Origin: Eubacteriales bacterium
GTDB lineage: Bacteria; Bacillota; Clostridia; Oscillospirales; CAG-382
Assembly: GCA_045612545.1 (NCBI GenBank)
Contig: JAZKZH010000007.1
Coordinates: 57,378-121,377 of the forward strand
Length of the DNA: 64,000 nt
Direction of reading: 5' to 3'
Shown here: one piece after another, positions 63,567 through 64,000 of the stretch
Numbering within the stretch: the first letter of the stretch is position 1
How the letters are laid out: the number at the start of each line of letters is the position of its first letter
Translations under genes and position numbers: made by a program
Notes under the pieces: model-generated
The model's input: the letters and a program-made list of their open reading frames with translations, nothing else
Told to the model about the DNA's origin: nothing
Databases searched by the model: none

Positions 63567-64000
63567 TCACACCGTTTCCGCGTACCGCACGGCGGCCATG
63601 GCATCCTTGCCGTAGGCGTCTGCGCCGATATTTTTTGCAAAGTCCTCGGTCAGCACCGCGCCGCCCACCACGATCTTACACCAAGGTGCCTTCTCCCGCA
63701 GGAGCTTTACCGTCTCCTCCATGGCGGGGACGGTGGTGGTCATCAAGGCGGAAAGCCCTGCCAAGGGGGCGTGATTCTCCAAAACCGCCTGCAAAACCGT
63801 CTCAGGAGGCACGTCCTTCCCAAGGTCGATAACGATATATCCGTAATTTTCCAACAAAAGCCCCACGATGTTCTTACCGATGTCGTGGATATCCCCCTGC
63901 ACCGTAGCCAGCACGAAGGGTCCCTTCCCGCCGGAGCCGGGGGGGAGCTTCTCCTTGATCTTACCGAAGGCCGCCTTTGCCGCCTCGGCGGACATGAGCA
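63567..64000 (-). CDS. cobalamin-binding domain protein, C-terminal part (MetH-like or corrinoid protein; 5' end outside window)
   Basis: TVQGDIHDIGKNIV is the DxHxxG B12-binding motif, followed by SALMTTT and VGGA blocks. The reading frame runs off the window edge. Confidence 0.8.
   Translation of the reverse strand, partial: LMSAEAAKAAFGKIKEKLPPGSGGKGPFVLATVQGDIHDIGKNIVGLLLENYGYIVIDLGKDVPPETVLQAVLENHAPLAGLSALMTTTVPAMEETVKLLREKAPWCKIVVGGAVLTEDFAKNIGADAYGKDAMAAVRYAETV

Overview
This is a 64 kb chromosomal segment from a high-GC, spore-forming Clostridia-type Firmicute. Supporting evidence: a type I dockerin protein, a GerA-family germination protein, the rpmH-rnpA-yidD-yidC-jag block, and an iorAB/paaK aromatic fermentation operon. 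All family calls rest on motifs I recognise by eye; no BLAST or HMM search was possible. I support 55 protein genes, including rpmH (44 aa, absent from the ORF track), plus 3 tRNAs (Thr-UGU, Tyr-GUA, Val-GAC). I also mark many consensus TTGACA-N17-TAnAnT promoters and intrinsic terminators. Most long ORFs antisense to these genes are high-GC shadow frames and are rejected. Housekeeping content: uppS, a GH2 beta-galactosidase, hom, murA, RNase J, a MATE and an ABC exporter, a sodium:solute symporter and a 2-hydroxyacid dehydrogenase. Accessory content is unusually rich. (1) A Type IIS-like R-M pair sits next to tRNA-Val: a fused double Dam-like methyltransferase plus an AlwI/PleI/MlyI-family endonuclease. 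(2) A 40-nt degenerate copy of the tRNA-Val 3' half lies 3.4 kb downstream, suggesting an old island boundary. (3) A RAYT (REP-associated Y1 transposase) is accompanied by GTAG-headed REP units arranged as three inward-facing doublets. (4) Two copies of a roughly 235-250 bp MITE-like element carry perfect 15-bp terminal inverted repeats. (5) Two further short dispersed repeat families build about 0.5 kb non-coding repeat islands at 17.5 kb and 51.9 kb. (6) Three successive diverging copies of the 3' end of a metallophosphoesterase gene look like an att-type footprint. (7) Several recently homogenised paralog pairs are present. The best candidates for an undescribed functional unit are two. One is the translationally coupled cassette at 14245-16716: a Cys4 membrane-anchored acidic protein, an orphan PflA/NrdG-type radical SAM enzyme and a lipoprotein. 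The other is the 5-gene overlapping operon at 17983-21905: two unknown membrane proteins, an HD hydrolase, an SGNH hydrolase and a membrane metallophosphoesterase. Both are hypotheses only.
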